A stretch of DNA of 64,000 nucleotides from Eledone cirrhosa. Taxonomy: Eukaryota. Position numbers and translations under genes: made by a program. The stretch is taken from the NCBI GenBank assembly GCA_964016885.1, contig OZ024743.1:167648001-167712000 (forward strand). The letters run 5' to 3'. The notes under the pieces were generated by a model. That model saw only the letters and a list, made by a program, of their open reading frames with translations, was not told the origin of the DNA and made no database searches. Shown here one piece after another: positions 13,991 to 27,309 of this stretch. Every line of letters begins with the position of its first letter. Positions within the stretch are counted from its first letter, which is position 1.

Positions 13991-15699
13991 ATATATATAT
14001 ATACAGTATATATATATTTCAATCATATCTCATTTTGTTTGACCCGTTTTAGCTTGTTCGCTTTTTTGGCTATGGTGGTTAATGGCTTCTTAACCATTGT
14101 CTTAGCGTGTATGACTTTTTAAACTTATGTTTTTTAACTTATGTTTATAGTTCTGGTATCTTCTTCAGTTCCATCGAGTGCTTGTCAGCACAATATGGAA
14201 GTTGCGTTTCGCTAATTTCTACCCGCCGAAATGCGATTCTCGCTAAATTATATATATATATATATACGATATTAAATAAATGGAAACTATATTTATAAAA
14301 CCATATTTATTTCATTATATATATTTCAGGGATATCATATTAACAATATGTTATGCCTTCTTCAGACAAAATACAATATAGACAGTTTTATAAATAAATA
14401 GATTTGACATACCGTTCAACATCGACTTGTATTTGAAAAGTTGATTTGGCAGTGAAAAATTGTAAACAGAAAGAAAGAAAGAAAGAAGGAAAGAAAGAAA
14501 GAAAACGAAGAAAAAGAAGAAATGCATGCAACTAAATAGAGAGATGGAAAGATAGATAAAGAGAAGAACTTCATGTAAAGAAACAGAGAGAGATATATAG
14601 AGAGAGGAAATAGATAGAGATAGATATATATAGAGAAAAGTAGGTAGTTGAACATCCGTTGAATGACGTATCAATGATACATTTATTTATTTATTTAGCT
14701 CTAGTATTAATGTAAGGGAGATATATGTGGTTAAGGAGAGAAAACCAGCCGTTATATATAGAGAAAAAATGAAAAGTAACCAGACATAGTCGAGGCAGAA
14801 TTTAAAAACCCTATGTTTCAATGTAGAAATATTAGTTCGTATAAAAACCAGGCACTATAATGTAAATATCAGTATTCATGAATGAGACACGTATCTATAA
14901 TGTGTGAAAAGTAATGATCTTATGTCTAGTTTTAAAAATTCATGTTTATATGATAACTACAAACATCGATGTGAATTTACGTGATCAACTCTGCAAACTC
15001 CTATTTCACACGGAGAACATTCTCATTGTGCTATAAAAATTTAAGTATACATATATGTGTATATATACACATATATATAGAGTCTATATTAATTTTAACA
15101 ATACTATTCTTGTCTTTACTCTACATGATTATCTATCAAGCAGAAATAGAGAACAGATTTCAATATATTAATAAAAATATCAGAAACAAAAACAAAAAAT
15201 AATAATAATAATAATAATAAATAAATAAAACAGAAAACTAAAAAATATTACATATTAAAAATAAAAATATTAAAAATATTAAAAATATTAAAATAATAAA
15301 ATAATAAAAATAAAAACATAGTATGCCACGCAAATCGACCACAAAGATCAACCCTTCAAAATTAATTGACAATATATTGCCAAGTTCATTATAAGCATCA
15401 GAGTCGAAAACAGATAAAACTAAAAATTATTTACCAAATCACGTCTAGCAGAAATCATTTCAAAAGTTTAGGATACCCATTTGGTCTACATATGTTCTTA
15501 TATTTAATATAGAAGTTTATCTAGTGTAACATTTATTCGATATATTTGGAGCATCAACTTTTAGGGTAGTTTAATTTTTCATGAAGAATGTTTAAAATAA
15601 AAATAAAAAGAAGAATAAAAAGAAGAAATCGAAAGATTTATCGGCTAGTTTCCTAAATAATTACAAATCAAACTAAATATACTACATTTTAAATTTAAA

Positions 15700-16440
15700 T
15701 TTATATTTAAAAGTTGAGTTCAATCTATGTTTGCAGCAACTGAATAAATTTGTCCGTAGATTAAGGGAATTTTTAGATTTTAGTATAAAGAATATCTCCT
15801 CTGCGCAGAGGTCACATGTCTCAGAGGATGAATTAAAAGGAATCCCTCTTGAGACTATATTCCAAGCCGTCGAATATCTAACGTTATCTTGCCTAAGTTG
15901 CCAGAGTACGCCTGATAGTGCTGTTGAAGATTTTTTGCTTGGATCTGTGAAAGAATTCTTGTGGTTATTATAGCGAAGTTTAAATTCCGTCGATGTGGAA
16001 CCAACGTAGTTAAAAGAATTAGAGTCCGTTTTAACATTACAGTTGTATATTATATTTTTAACTAAGCAGTTGTTATTTAACGGACATTTAGATCTATCTC
16101 TACAGTTACATTTGTTAACTTGTATATTATTTATGCTATTATCGCTAGGTTTTAAGTTCCTATTATTTATTCTATTAATATTTTGTGCTAAATTTTTGGT
16201 GGATGAGTAGGTTAATTTTATAGTATGTCTATTGAAAATTGAGTGATACCTATGTGTTCTAGGGAAGCGATTATCAAGAGCTTTAAAAAATAGTTTAGCG
16301 ATGTGGGTTTTAAAGTTTAGTGAGAAAGGGGGGGCAAACCATATTATGTTCCTAGTTCTATTTCTTTTTTGGCTTTTGGAATTATTGTAATGCTTTCTAT
16401 TATAGTTGTTAAGGTTGTGGCCGTAATTAAAATAGTTGTT
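15700..16440 (-). pseudogene. Highly decayed Naiad-like 3' ORF fragment
   Basis: Minus strand reads KKRNRTRNIIWFAPPFSLNFKTHIAKLFFKALDNRFP near 16260-16375, matching other Naiad linkers. Confidence 0.75.
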
Positions 16441-16500
16441 ATTATATATATATATATTATAAAAAATAAACCAAAGAAGCCTTCAATACATCAAAAGTCT

Positions 16501-16550
16501 TTATTAGCCAACAATGTTTCGTCCAATTAAGGACTCATCAGGGCAAGTAA
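16501..16550 (-). ncRNA. Type I hammerhead ribozyme (pLTR remnant)
   Basis: gcc-CUGAUGA-gucc-uuaauu-ggac-GAAA-C-auu-G-UU-ggc. Confidence 0.85.
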
Positions 16551-16774
16551 AGCTACAAGAAGCACTATCGGCCAATACAAGCCAAAAACTCAGAAGAATA
16601 TGGAGTATACATCTATTAAAGCCTAGGAAGGATATCAAGGAAAAGTAGGCTAAGATTAAGAGTGAGCAGTTACAAACATAGATATAGACCAAATAGCAAG
16701 GAAGTGATTAACATGTTGAACCCACATTGTAAATATTATATAATGCAAAAACTTGAAACACAAATGGTAATATA

Positions 16775-16962
16775 ATTGTTTCTACTTTAGGCACAAGGCC
16801 AGCAATTACCCAGTTCATTACTGGTACTTTATTTTATCGACCCCGTAAGGATGAAAGGCAAAGTCAACCTTGGCGGGATTTGAACTCAGATCGTAAAGGG
16901 ACGTAACTATGCTGGAAAGCATGGCGTCCGACCCTCTACCGATACTGCCAATCTACCGCCCT
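16775..16962 (-). mobile_element. tRNA-derived SINE, copy 1
   Basis: A-box tggcagtatcgg, B-box gagttcaaatcc; 15-bp TSD aaatggtaatataat (16762, 16971); same family at 24230 and 43098. Confidence 0.9.
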
Positions 16963-18056
16963 ATGGTAGTAAATGGTAATATAATGCGAGAATTACAGTA
17001 CGATATAGAATATAATATAATATAATAGATGGTGATAATAAAAAGCTTAATATATGTATATATATATATATATATATATACATATATACATTAGTACAAA
17101 CACAAACTAACACTTATTAAGTATTTAAATATATATTGTTTACAGTATAATATAATAAAGATAAAAATAAGAATAAAGATAAAAATAAAAATAAAATATA
17201 ATATATAGTTCCCTGTCAGTGTGCATAAACAATATAAAAACATTATAATAACATTATAATAACAATATTATAATATATTGGCATCAAAAGATATACAAAA
17301 TTACATCATATATATAATTCAAGGTTAACAAATAGTATAAAGTTTTACACAGGGTAAGAAAAAAATCATATAGAACTAAATAGTGTTGAAAAAAATATCT
17401 ATACCATTGCAACAAATACACGGAGGTCAAGACATTTTACATTGGCATAAATATTACCAAGATATTACAACAGAACAGTACTTCAAATAACATATATTAA
17501 AATCTATAATACGATTACATTAAAATGATATGAAATAACAACATTAATATCAAATATCAAACAGAGTCTAAGGAAATGCTTAATAAATATTTACGTGGTT
17601 GAGATACACAGACAAATATTAATGAACAGCGTGTGGTAGTAAAAAAATAAATTAAATAAACCGAAGATCGAAAAACAAAAACAAGTATATTTACTTAGGT
17701 GTCACCAGCGGTTAAGTAAAAGAAGCGATAGAAATGTAAGCGGCGAATTGACTAGAAAACCTTTTTAAATTAATTAATATTAAAAGTATTTAAAATACAT
17801 ATTTAGTCACTTCAAAATTGGCTATAGTTTAAGTCATCAAAAACGTATAAGTTTGAGATATTTCAATAAAATTATCAAGAACAGAGTAAAATATGCTCCG
17901 TTCAGTCGAATAACGTTATGAAAAAAAAAAAAAAAAAAAAAATGTTATTTTTTATAATTCTTCGGCTCTGTTTAATTACATTGAGCTATATCTTATACTG
18001 TCATTTCTATAATATGAAGAGGGTGTTTAACTCCAACACACTCTAGTATTTTAATT

Positions 18057-18095
<39 letters not shown>

Positions 18096-18099
<4 letters not shown>

Positions 18100-18451
18100 A
18101 GTTTATGTTGGTTGTATACCAACACCTCAGTATGCAGGCTGGAGCACTCGACGAAGTGCGCAGGTTGGTTTGGTTACTCCGGAGTAGTGTAAAATAAAGT
18201 TAAATAAAAGTCAAATGATTAAAATTTAGCTTCGTTATGACTCCATGTTCCCCAGTGAATTAACAACCCAACAAGGAACTGGGCATATCAGAGTATTGAC
18301 AATATCATACACCTAAACAACATATGTACTTGTCTATACCATACTAATTCAAACTGCCTGAAGAGGTCACAGCCAAAGATGGCTGTCACTGAAATATATA
18401 TAGCAGTAATAAACGAAGCTAAATTTTAATCATTTGACTTTTATTTAACTT

Positions 18452-18460
<9 letters not shown>
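18096..18460 (+). mobile_element. Short head-to-head pLTR insertion with HHR
   Basis: 18190-18236 is the reverse complement of 18412-18459; bounded by (TA)n. Confidence 0.75.
18353..18407 (+). ncRNA. Minimal type I hammerhead ribozyme
   Basis: actgc-CUGAAGA-ggtc-acagcca-aaga-tggctgt-cact-GAAA-U-auau-A-UA-gcagt. Confidence 0.85.
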
Positions 18461-18482
<22 letters not shown>

Positions 18483-18494
18483 AAGAGAGAGAGG

Positions 18495-19514
18495 GTGAAA
18501 TTGGAAATAGCACGGAAATAACCATCCATCGCCAACAAATCCGAGACTTAAACACGAAAAACTCCCCTTAAGTAGCCACATTCCAGATTGTGCCGAAATG
18601 ACCCTAGCCAACTTTAAAATCTTCCCCCTTTACAAGTGCCTCGATTCTTTCACTCAGCAACAAAGAATAAACAAAGAAAAACTATTTATTAACAAATTTA
18701 AACCAAAATTAAATATGTAATCACCCCATTAGACCCCCCCCCCCCCCCCCCCCCCCAAAAAAAATAAGAAAGAAATTGCTCATATACATATTTTCCAAAA
18801 ATTCATGATTAAAAGCCGCCACTGATGCTTTGCTGTTTTTTTTTTAATTTCCCACCACAAAGGGATTTGTGACAGACAGACTGAAGCACCCTTCCCCCCA
18901 CGTACGCACACATATGTGTGTATTTTTATATATACACTCTCACACATACACTCTCTAAAAAAATATTCCAAAAATAACATTTCTTTTACAACCCTACTTT
19001 TGCCACTCCCATAGAATTTGCCTCTAGCTTACAATTCCCCGCTTCGCCACCGCCATCTGAACTCCTGACCAATCCATTAACCCAATTGTGATACACACAT
19101 ATTTACTGAATATCTCCTCCCTAAAAACAATTTTGTTCTGTGTGAAAAAACAACTACCGCCACTTCTGTTGCAGCTACTACCATGACTACACCTCTCTCT
19201 TTACAAACAAGAGTTCATTTTTCCAGTCTCCTTCTCAACAAGGAAGATGAAAAGAACTTGTCTCAACACTAAATTTTAAAACTTTGATTTTAATTTTTTA
19301 ATTTTTAATTCTTATTTATTTGTAATACTCAAGATTTGACGAAACCGGTTATACTTTATATCTTTTATATACATTATAAAACTCTTTTTAAAAAGAATTG
19401 TCCCTCAAAGAAAGGGAAAAAAAAGAAAAACAGACCCTTAAATATATTTTCCGTGCTATTTCCAATTTCACCGTTTCTCTATAACCACTGTATGGTATAG
19501 AATCTTGCTTCCCT

Positions 19515-19520
<6 letters not shown>
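18495..19520 (+). mobile_element. Neptune-like 3' fragment (GIY-YIG C-terminus + 3'UTR) with short inverted arm
   Basis: 18543-18720 reads RLKHEKLPLSSHIPDC..FKIFPFYK..KEKLFINKFKPKLN*; 18495-18520 inverted at 19445-19472. Confidence 0.7.
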
Positions 19521-19571
<51 letters not shown>

Positions 19572-19576
<5 letters not shown>

Positions 19577-19668
19577 ATAGTAATATACTTACTTATATAT
19601 ATATACCTATAGTAATATACTTACTTATATATATATATACCTATAGTAATATACTTACCTATAGTAAT
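19572..19668. repeat. Short tandem repeats (atacctatagtaatatacttac) at the 5' junction of the following PLE
   Basis: Three full and one partial unit of ~20-34 bp. Confidence 0.8.
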
Positions 19669-19684
19669 AATTACCTAGATACAT

Positions 19685-21180
19685 ATGACCTTAGCAACCT
19701 GTGCCCGACAAGACCAGCAAGAGGCAGACCACCTACCATTACCTCAATGGCCAACAAAAACCCACACAGATAGATGGAACGGGTGGACCAGAGCCATACG
19801 GACACCCGAAAACCACGATGAACTGAAGAAAATGATTGCACATGCGGTAGGGGCCAGCATAAAACTAAACCTTAAGGAACATATGTTCAAATTTAATGGA
19901 AAAACATATGCCCAAGAGGAAGGAGCAGCCATTGGTGTTAGCATTGCAGGCGACATAGCTAACTTATTCATGGTATGGTGGGACAGTAGACTTAAACTTA
20001 AACTTAAAGAACAATTAGAAGACCCCTTAACCCTGATAATGTACTCCCGCTACGTTGATGATATAAACATCGTAGTTAAGACACCCCCACTAGAGAACAG
20101 TCAGGAACTAGAGAAAAACACAATGGAAAGCATCCAGCAAATAGCTAACTCCATCCACCAGAGCATTAGAGTTACTATAGACTACCCAAGTAAACACCCC
20201 AACCATCGATTACCTGTACTAGACACAGAGCTCTGGTTAGATACCATTAATAACAAAAACAAATCCTCCATTCCCATTATGCCAAACCCATGACTTCCAA
20301 ACATCTGATCCACCGAAACTCGGCCGTTTCGGACCATACCAAAATCAACATACTGATTGCGGATTTGGTACGGGTGATGAGAAACGTGTCCCGCATGTGC
20401 AACCCCGAAGAACTAGAGAGACACATACAACACTTCATCCACCGTATGCAGTTCTCTGGCTACAATCAGAGAGATAAAATCAGAGTGTATAGAGGAGCCA
20501 GAACCAAATGGGAAAAAATGGTAAATAATGACATAAATGGGACCTGCCCCTTGTATAGGAGCAAATTTTGGAATAGAATAGAAAGAACTAGGAACAAGGC
20601 TAATAGAATAAACTCATGGTATGATAGAAATAAATACCAGAGTGTAATGTTCATCGATACAACCCCTAGAGGTGAATTAGCTTACAAATTTAGAAGGGTC
20701 CTAGATAAACATAAACTCAATATTAAGATAGTAGAAAGACCAGGTACCTCCGTAAAAACACTTATTAGCAAGACATACCCTTTTCAAAGACCCTCATGTA
20801 TAGATAAGAAATGTATAACCTGTAAAATAAGCCCCCATATTAACTGTAAAACTAGAAATGTAGTGTACAGCATAAGATGTACTGAAGGACAATGTAGAGA
20901 CAAAAATATAGTGTACATAGGTGAGACAGCTTGTAGTGTAGGGGAACGGATAAATGAACACTGGCGAGACCTTCAAGATAGTAAAGAATCATCTGTACTC
21001 TACCAACATGCTAAAATAGAACACAAGGGTAAATTAGAGAACATAGAAATAAAAATAGAATCTACACACAGAAAAGACGCAATGTTTAGACAAATCACAG
21101 AGGCAATAAACATAAAAGAATTACAACCAAAATTAAATATAAAATATGAGTGGAACAGCAACATCACAACTTACAATTAA
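19685..21180 (+). pseudogene. 5'-truncated PLE RT + GIY-YIG (Nematis-like), single frameshift near 20260
   Basis: QEEGAAIGVSIAGDIANLFM, YSRYVDD, DYPSKHPNHRLPVLD, TPRGELA, CIDKKCITC, NVVYSIRC, YIGET; clade name is inference. Confidence 0.88.
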
Positions 21181-21377
21181 GGACAAAATGAAAACACACA
21201 CATAGAACAAACAACCAACCAGTAACATGTAAATAAACAAATAAATAAATGAACATAAACACTCACAGACACCCGGATGTGGCGCATGCGCAGACTGAGC
21301 ACACAACACACACACAGAAACAAAATGGCGTAGGACAGAACAAAGGAGAGGCACAGAAACAAAGAAAGGAATCCCCA

Positions 21378-21420
21378 GTCACTGAAGAGGTCACAGAGTG
21401 TGTGACGAAAGAACTATGAC
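21378..21420 (+). ncRNA. Minimal type I hammerhead ribozyme in the Nematis-like pLTR
   Basis: gtca-CUGAAGA-g-gtcac-agagtgt-gtgac-GAAA-G-aa-C-UA-tgac. Confidence 0.75.
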
Positions 21421-21702
21421 AATATATAAACAACTATCTGGTTGTGGAACCAACCAACCAACCAGAAATTTATAAATTTATAAATTTATAAATTTATTAT
21501 AAATTTATTATAATAAATTGAAGTGAAAGCAACTGGTGCGTGTGTTTCTTATTGGCAACATGACCCTCCCAAAGTATAACAATATCGATTTCAACACACG
21601 ATTTCAGATAAAGAATCTTGCTAAACAAATTCAGAAACGAAATATATATATATAATATTATTCAAAATATTAATAAATGAGAAATATCATAACTAAAGTA
21701 TG

Positions 21703-21765
21703 TATTTTATTATACATATTTCAAAGGTACAATGGTGTTTCAGTACGTTTTCATCAGATAAAATA
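21703..21765 (-). ncRNA. Type I hammerhead ribozyme
   Basis: tattttat-CUGAUGA-aaacgtac..gtaccttt-GAAA-U-augu-A-UA-ataaaata. Confidence 0.8.
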
Positions 21766-22740
21766 TATAAGATTGGATATACGACATACCGCTAAGGTCT
21801 TGAATCTTCAATTCCTGTAGTGGCAGTAAGTTATTTCCCCAACACTGAACATTTATATACCACGATTAATATGATAAACTTAGAGAAGAAGAGGACGTAA
21901 ACAAACGAAGAAATATAGAAGAGGAGTTGAAAGGGAAGATGCGGAGAGAAAAGAAGGGAAATAAAGAAAAGAAGAAAAGAAAAAGGAAAAGATAAAGTAA
22001 AGGAGAGAATACAAAAACCCGTTGTTTTCAAATGCTACACAAAAATTCAAACATTTTTCATATTATTTATCAGTGAAAACCGCTTGTATTGGATTACGCT
22101 TCAGTTAATTATAAGTTTATAATATATCTAGATTATTAGGCATAGATTAATTTCTACGGCAATCGAATATTTAAGTTCATTACAAATTTATATGCTTAAA
22201 TTAATTTAATTTAACTCATTTTAGATTATGCCAATGTTTTATTATAAGGTAAGATATTCTATTTAGCATTATAGTGCAACATTAAAAAATTTATCTTTAA
22301 TGCTTATTAAATAACTATTAAATATGTATTAAGATATAGTAAAAATGTATATATCCACATCAATATATATTTTGTTCATTTATCATCTAAATTAATTCAA
22401 AATTCCACTTTATGTGAAACTTCATTATTTTTTTAATTTTCTTTTAATTTTTAAATTCTAACTGTGGTTATGTTTACTCTCCATAAACTTTATTTCACTT
22501 AATGAAGGGTTATATTTATATTTACTTCAATACTTAATTATTCTAATATATATAGTTTAAGTTTAATGATAGTCTATGTATTATTAAACTATTAATTATT
22601 ATTTATTAATCTATATCTTATATATATATTTTTTGCAAGCTAATAAAATTTACGGACAATAAAAACAAAAGGAAGATAACCCTTTTACAATGTAAAAAAG
22701 ATTTTTTAACTTAGAGGGAATATCTTCACTCTCGTCCAAC

Positions 22741-22952
22741 GATTTTTTAAGATCCTCAACATATCTAATGTATATATCTTAATTCATGTCTAATTAAATA
22801 GTGAGCTATCCTAATCAATTCATAGGATAAAAAAAAACTCTCAATGATTTTTTAAGATCCTCAACATATCTAATGTATATATCTTAATTGATGTCTAATT
22901 AAATAGTGAGCTATCCTAATCAATTCATAGGATAAAAAAAAAACTCTCAATG
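22741..22952. repeat. ~105-bp tandem duplication
   Basis: gattttttaagatcctcaacatatctaatg...ggataaaaaaaaactctcaatga present twice. Confidence 0.85.
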
Positions 22953-24229
22953 AAGTTATGCTATTACATATAAATATCTATAGATCGTTACTTCAATTAG
23001 GCAAAATTCAAGGTGTATTTGTCCTTAATTTTGAGGAACTGGTACATTGCCTGGTACATTGCCTGGAAAGTCACCAATTTTATGATGATAACTATTAAAT
23101 AATTCATTCTTTTTGTTGATTAAATTGTCATAGTTTGTCCTTAAATTTAGATGAAGTGGCACCTATGTAATTATATACATTACCATTTGCCTTAATGGTA
23201 CGTTTATATACAAGGTTTTTATCAAGGTTTTTGTAATGGGCATTCGGACCTATTTCTACAATTACAATTATTCTCATTGTTATTTAACGGTATTATACTA
23301 TTATTCATGTTTAGACTATTATTATTGTTATTTCGATTAATTAATATATTATTATTATTATTATTGCTTAGTAGAGGTTGGTTTGATTTTAGATTTTTAT
23401 TATTCATTTTGCTATATTTTGAGCTATATTCATAGTAGTTGAGTAAGAGAGCTTAACTGTATGTCTATTGAAGATAGATAATATTTATGAGATCTAGGGA
23501 AGCATTTATCTAAATCTTTAAAGAATAAGTATGCTACAGGTGTCTTAATACCTAAGGATGCTGGCGGTGCATACCAAATTATAGATCTAGTTCTTACTTT
23601 CTTCTTTGATTTATTCATCCAGTTGTGTTCATATTCATTTTTATTATGATTATGATTAATTTTATTTTGATGGATTTCTGTATTTTTATCTATATACTCA
23701 ATGTTATTGTTATATCCAGCTTTATGTAACGCTTTATTATAATATATAGCCTTACTATTAAATATAGATCTATTAGTAGAAAGTCTGGAGATTCTTTGTT
23801 GTACACTATTGACTATCGCATTCTTTACACTTTTAGGATGATTAGAATAAAAACTAACATAATTTAAGTTTTCATTAACTTTGTGGAAAGGGTAATAAAG
23901 GCCTGAGTTAAGATTTAGAGTCATATCCCAAAAGTTAACTATTTTATTATTATTTTCTATTTCTAATTTCAGGTCGTAATTTAAAAACAATTCTATAATT
24001 GCTTTCTTTATTCTATTTAGTTTACTATTGTTATGTTTTTCCACAATAAATAGTATGTCGTCCCTATATAAACCTCCGGCAATCTCCGGAAATTTTCTAT
24101 TTATCAAGTTAAGGATAAAAATGCCTACCAGGTCTGTGACTTGGGCCGAGTCCGAAGAGCCCATCGTAATGTCAAAGTTCTTCGGTCTATCAGCTCTAGC
24201 CCAGAGTTCATTATTAAAATCTATCAAAG

Positions 24230-24416
24230 GGGCGGTGAATTGGCAGTATCGGTAGATAGTCGGACACCATGCTTTCCAGCATAGTTACGTTTCTTTACGG
24301 TCTGAGTTCAAATCCCGCCGAGGTTAACTTTGCCTTTCATCCTTACGGGGTCGATAAAATAAAGTACCAGTAATGTACTGTAATGTGCTGGCCTTATGCC
24401 AAAAGTAGAAACAATT
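24230..24416 (+). mobile_element. tRNA-derived SINE, copy 2, inserted in the Naiad RT ORF
   Basis: A/B boxes; TSD attattaaaatctatcaaag at 24210-24229 and 24414-24433. Confidence 0.92.
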
Positions 24417-25314
24417 ATTAAAATCTATCAAAGTTCGCCTTGCCGTTAATATAATATTTATCTCCTCACTAGATAAGTCTGTGTGTTTGTATGCATATAA
24501 TAGCGCCTTATTTAATAAATTGGGAGTTATCGAGGAATAATAACTGGCTATATCCATTTGAATAAACTTATAATTATTTTTATGCTTAATATTTATGAAC
24601 CAATCGATAACTTCACTTGTACCCTTCCATAGATTTAGTTGTGACTTCAGTGTTGGTATAATCCTATCTATTATATTCCTGCTAATAATTCCTAGATCGG
24701 ATTTACAAGGTACTATAAGTCTTACTGGTAAATCTTCCTCAGAGTTTTTTTTATGGTCTTTCATATTAATCCTCGGCTGTTTTGGTAGGAAAGGTTCTAT
24801 TTTACGCTCGATTCATGGGTTGGTGATAATTTTATATGCTTCCTTATTTATGTCCGATAAATCCTCACTTGAGGCCTTTTTATAGTTTTTCCTCAGTTCT
24901 TTTAAAATCAGATTATTATATTTTACTTTTTCCATCCCATATAGGTTGTTCGTTTTATCCGATTTAACTAATATCTTATTTGCTTTTTGCATGTCGTCGA
25001 TTTTATCTTTTAGGCTTCTCAGGTATTCCTGGCCTCTATATGTTTTTTTTTTAAATTTAATGTTTCTTATTGTATTTATGATTTCATTCTCAAAATCAGC
25101 CAGGAGTATATTATATGGAGGATTTTTTCTAGTTCTAAAAATAAGATCAAAATTATGATTGGTGTTTTTTTATCAACTTTTTCCTTGTTTTCAAAGTGGA
25201 AAGCACGTATGAAAAAATTAGATTTCTCAATAACTCGAGTGCTTCTAATCTATTGTAAAATTAAATTCGTTGAATAATCAACGAACCATATAAACTTTTG
25301 GTCATATATATATA

Positions 25315-26010
25315 TATATGAAGTATAAGAATCAAAGAACTGTTCAAAACATTTTTATGCTTACAACTGTTTCCTCCAAACCGAGGTTTGGATTCTTCGG
25401 AGCAATTTATTAATGAATGAACACTTATATGACCTCCTTTTCACCCAAGAGACATACAGATACATATGCAAATATTGTGGGTCAACATTCATTACAGCAT
25501 TTAGAGTGGCAGTACACACTTAGAGATTACATTCATATTAAAAGATACAATCAAAAATACAGGTTAAAATACATGAAAATAAGCGGTTATATAGTGCAAA
25601 TGTTATATGTGTGGCAAACACGTGCGTCCTATTTATATAGTGTGGCAGAGAGTTACGTGTAGTAGAAGCACTTAGGTAGGTAAACAAGAGTGTTAGGTTG
25701 GTTGATCTGGTGGCAAATTCTTTATATGATTGTTATAGTCTGTGTGTGGAGAAATGATATAAGCATTAAAAATAGTGCAAGCATTAAAAATATTTAAAAT
25801 ATTGGAAATGCACAGCGAAGGGATGTTATGGACTTCATGTACTTCGACATTTTCATAGTCAGGGGAGTGTATTTTTCGGTTTGGAGGAAACAGTTGTAAG
25901 CACAAAAATGTTTTGAACAGTTCTTTGATTCTTATACTTCATATAACTGCTCTGTAAATCATCTGATGTTTTTACATTGAGCTACTTAACTTACTGGTAA
26001 TAAGGTAGTA
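25315..26010 (-). mobile_element. Head-to-head pLTR insertion with HHR (CCGAAGA core variant)
   Basis: Minus-strand tgct-CCGAAGA-atccaaac-ctcg-gtttggag-GAAA-cagttg-UA-agca at ~25358-25404; 25876-25944 is an inverted copy of 25315-25384. Confidence 0.75.
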
Positions 26011-26107
26011 ATATATTACTGCCTACCACTATTTAGGGTTTGTATAAAAAAAAATATATAACTGCAAAAGGTTTTTGTATTTACATAACCATAAATAGTA
26101 TAATTAA

Positions 26108-26189
<82 letters not shown>

Positions 26190-26451
26190 TATTTCTAATA
26201 ACCATCTTTTCACTTCTTATTAATTTGTGTTTGAGACACGTTGGCTGAGCGCTTTTGACGGGAACGAAAAGATTTGTTTTCTATTCTCCCGCCACCACGT
26301 AAAGTTTGTAAATCGGTGGCTAGTCGAGGGACATAATTGTATCGGATTCCAGTTGCTATTCACTTTACTGTGTCGGCCATCACAAACAGTCATAGCCGGC
26401 ATGGGCTGGGGTTTGGATTCTGTCGATCGATTGGTTATTGATTAGGCGATA

Positions 26452-26561
26452 CCCGCTGATGATGCCACATACGCCGATTATGCATTGTTGCATAATATAT
26501 ACAGACGGAGGGTGCAGTGCACCCTACTGCTGCATTAAGTGTGGCCGAAACTCGTGTCGGG
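26452..26561 (+). ncRNA. HHR-like motif with branched ~85-nt stem II; stem I register imperfect
   Basis: cccg-CUGAUGA-tgccaca..(ttatgca/tgcataa; agggtgca/tgcaccct)..tgtggcc-GAAA-C-tcgt-GUC-ggg. Confidence 0.55.
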
Positions 26562-26609
26562 AACTATTATAGGCACCCGTTTTACGTGTGAAAGCCGCCA
26601 AACAATATC

Positions 26610-27140
26610 TCCCGATTCTCTAGCAGTCCCCAAAATGAATGCACTCATAAAAGACTCACAAATAATATACAGTAGACACCAAGCACCCAACTTAAAGAAA
26701 CTGCTTACCAAGGCAAAATTTACGTCTAATAATGAAACAATGCAAGTTAAGAAATGCGGGGACCATCGATGCGGAACTTGCGAACACATTAAAGAAGGTG
26801 GACAAATCTTCTTTAAAAACAACCAGTCTTTCACAGTTAATGCAAACATGAATTGCAAAACATAAAAACGTGATTTACTGTGCAACCTGCCCACAATGTA
26901 AAGAATACTATATTGGTGAAACCGGAACGGGTCTACATCACAGACTTCGAGTACATAAACAACAAATTAGAGACCCCTCTGTCAGAAACACCACATGCAG
27001 TGAACACTTCGCAACATGCGGAAAAGGGAAATTTCCCAATGTTTGCCTTCTTTAAGAAATGGTCAGACAACGAACATTTCCGAAAATATAGAGAAGAATT
27101 CTTTATTAGAAAATGCAAACCACTACTGAACACGAAAAAA
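26610..27140 (+). pseudogene. Neptune-like GIY-YIG 3' fragment
   Basis: RHQAPNLKKLL, CGDHRCGTC, NMNCKT, IYCATCPQCKEYYIGETG, EHFATC. Confidence 0.85.
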
Positions 27141-27309
27141 GTGATATTCCATCTTCAAGCAACAGGATTCTTCCCCTCTCTTTTCTTTAAAAAAATCTCA
27201 TATTGAAAAAGAAAAATTGTTGATGACACCCGTACTTTCAAACATTCGATCGCTGAAGAGAAGAAAAACCCTCAGAGGTACAATAACATTTCATTAATTT
27301 CGCCTTCCT

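Larger units (their letters stand above)
21655..25300 (-). mobile_element. Near full-length degenerate Naiad-like PLE interrupted by a SINE
   Basis: ORF pieces 24324-24764 (KDHK..PVRLI, QMDIASYY), 23430-24227 (FDITMGSSDS, GLYRDD), 23222-23407 (CNCRNRSECPL); HHR at the 3' end. Confidence 0.9.

Noticed and set aside
16775-16962. tRNA gene
   Set aside because: A/B boxes are present but there is no full cloverleaf; three dispersed copies with TSDs indicate a SINE.
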